A stretch of DNA of 64,000 bases. Origin: a virus. Its lineage: Duplodnaviria; Heunggongvirae; Uroviricota; Caudoviricetes. Numbering within the stretch: position 1 is the stretch's first letter; each line of letters starts with the position of its first letter. Positions 62,765-64,000 of the stretch are shown here, in pieces. The translations under genes were made by a program, and so were the position numbers. The DNA lies in IMG/VR virus record IMGVR_UViG_2654587772_000002; one strand, given 5' to 3'. Under the pieces are notes generated by a model. That model did no database searches, had not been told where the DNA came from, and saw only the letters and a list, made by a program, of their open reading frames with translations.

Positions 62765-64000
62765 ATGTCTAAATTACCAACAGGTGTCGAGATTCGAGGT
62801 AAATACATTCGCATCTGGTTCATGTTTCGAGGAAAACGATGTCGGGAAACATTGAAAGGCTGGGAGGTTACTAACAGTAACATTAAAAAGGCCGGGAATT
62901 TAAGAGCGTTGATAGTTCATGAAATCAACTCCGGTGAATTTGAGTATTTAAGACGTTTTCCCCAGTCCAGCACTGGGGCAAAAATGGTGACAACGAGGGT
63001 CATAAAAACGTTCGGGGAGCTTTGTGATATCTGGACAAAAATTAAAGAGACAGAGTTAACAACAAACACAATGAAGAAAACGAAATCACAATTAAAAACA
63101 CTCAGGATAATAATTTGTGAGAGTACACCTATATCACATATTCGTTATAGCGATATCTTAAACTACCGGAATGAACTGCTGCATGGAGAAACGCTTTACC
63201 TGGATAATCCAAGATCCAACAAAAAAGGAAGAACCGTGCGCACAGTTGATAACTATATCGCCCTGCTCTGTTCGTTGTTACGTTTTGCGTATCAGTCGGG
63301 ATTTATATCAACCAAACCATTTGAAGGAGTAAAAAAATTACAGCGAAACAGAATAAAGCCTGATCCGTTATCTAAAACAGAATTCAATGCATTAATGGAA
63401 AGTGAAAAAGGACAGAGCCAGAACTTGTGGAAATTTGCCGTTTACTCCGGGCTTCGTCACGGGGAACTGGCTGCTCTGGCGTGGGAGGATGTGGATTTCG
63501 AGAAGGGAATTGTGAATGTCAGAAGAAACCTGACGATACTTGATATGTTCGGTCCCCCAAAAACAAATGCCGGGATCCGGACGGTAACATTACTACAGCC
63601 AGCTCTTGAAGCACTGAAGGAGCAATACAAACTGACCGGGCATCATCGCAAAAGCGAAATCACTTTTTATCATCGGGAGTACGGCAGAACCGAAAAGCAA
63701 AAACTGCATTTTGTTTTCATGCCCAGGATGTGTAACGGAAAACAGAAACCTTATTACTCGGTAAGCAGTTTGGGTGCGAGATGGAATGCAGCAGTAAAAC
63801 GTGCTGGTATTCGCCGCCGTAATCCGTACCATACGCGACATACTTTTGCCTGCTGGCTGTTGACGGCAGGAGCGAACCCGGCATTTATAGCCAGCCAGAT
63901 GGGGCATGAAACTGCGCAGATGGTGTATGAAATTTACGGTATGTGGATTGATGACATGAACGACGAACAGGTAGCTATGTTGAATGCGCGGTTATCGTAG
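62765..64000 (+). CDS. intR: Tyrosine-type site-specific integrase
   Basis: 411 aa, C-terminal catalytic region (..RHGELAALAWEDVDF..YHTRHTFACWLLTAGANPAFIASQMGHE..); stop codon is the last triplet of the window. Confidence 0.85.
   Translation: MSKLPTGVEIRGKYIRIWFMFRGKRCRETLKGWEVTNSNIKKAGNLRALIVHEINSGEFEYLRRFPQSSTGAKMVTTRVIKTFGELCDIWTKIKETELTTNTMKKTKSQLKTLRIIICESTPISHIRYSDILNYRNELLHGETLYLDNPRSNKKGRTVRTVDNYIALLCSLLRFAYQSGFISTKPFEGVKKLQRNRIKPDPLSKTEFNALMESEKGQSQNLWKFAVYSGLRHGELAALAWEDVDFEKGIVNVRRNLTILDMFGPPKTNAGIRTVTLLQPALEALKEQYKLTGHHRKSEITFYHREYGRTEKQKLHFVFMPRMCNGKQKPYYSVSSLGARWNAAVKRAGIRRRNPYHTRHTFACWLLTAGANPAFIASQMGHETAQMVYEIYGMWIDDMNDEQVAMLNARLS

Overview
The window is essentially one lambdoid (Rac-like) prophage of an enterobacterial host, read right-to-left for most genes. 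Unlike the cryptic Rac of E. coli K-12 it appears largely intact. From the right end: integrase/excisionase, Lar (RalR), a RecE/RecT-type recombination pair, kilR/ydaE/racC, sieB, the racR repressor flanked by two operator triplets, ydaS/ydaT/ydaU/ydaV early and replication genes, a nin-like region with a Q antiterminator, a phage-21-type lysis cassette (pinholin, SAR endolysin, Rz with embedded Rz1), trkG cargo, terminase, portal, capsid, and a lambda-like tail (V, G/GT with a slippery site, H, M, L, K, I, J), followed by side tail fibre and Tfa genes. The most interesting element is a markedly AT-rich three-gene island at about 46.2-50.6 kb, between the replication module and the nin/Q region. 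It encodes a GHKL (MutL/MORC-like) ATPase translationally coupled to an unknown 330-aa protein, convergent with a complete C5-cytosine DNA methyltransferase; I read this as a candidate restriction-modification-like anti-phage system that I cannot assign to a named family. Other points worth a second look: a decayed group II intron 5' fragment after a stem-loop near the left end; an AT-rich acetyltransferase moron; a remodelled tail-fibre cassette; a roughly 9-kb unassigned virion-protein module (including a 1142-aa protein with a lytic transglycosylase domain) between a truncated lom and stf; a 1-nt frameshift in a G tract splitting the J tail-tip gene; two paralogous lipoprotein morons in the Q-S cargo site; and a ParB-like/glycosyltransferase-like gene pair. 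All calls rest on reading the sequence and recalled protein families; no searches were run. Coordinates of short motifs may be off by 1 nt.
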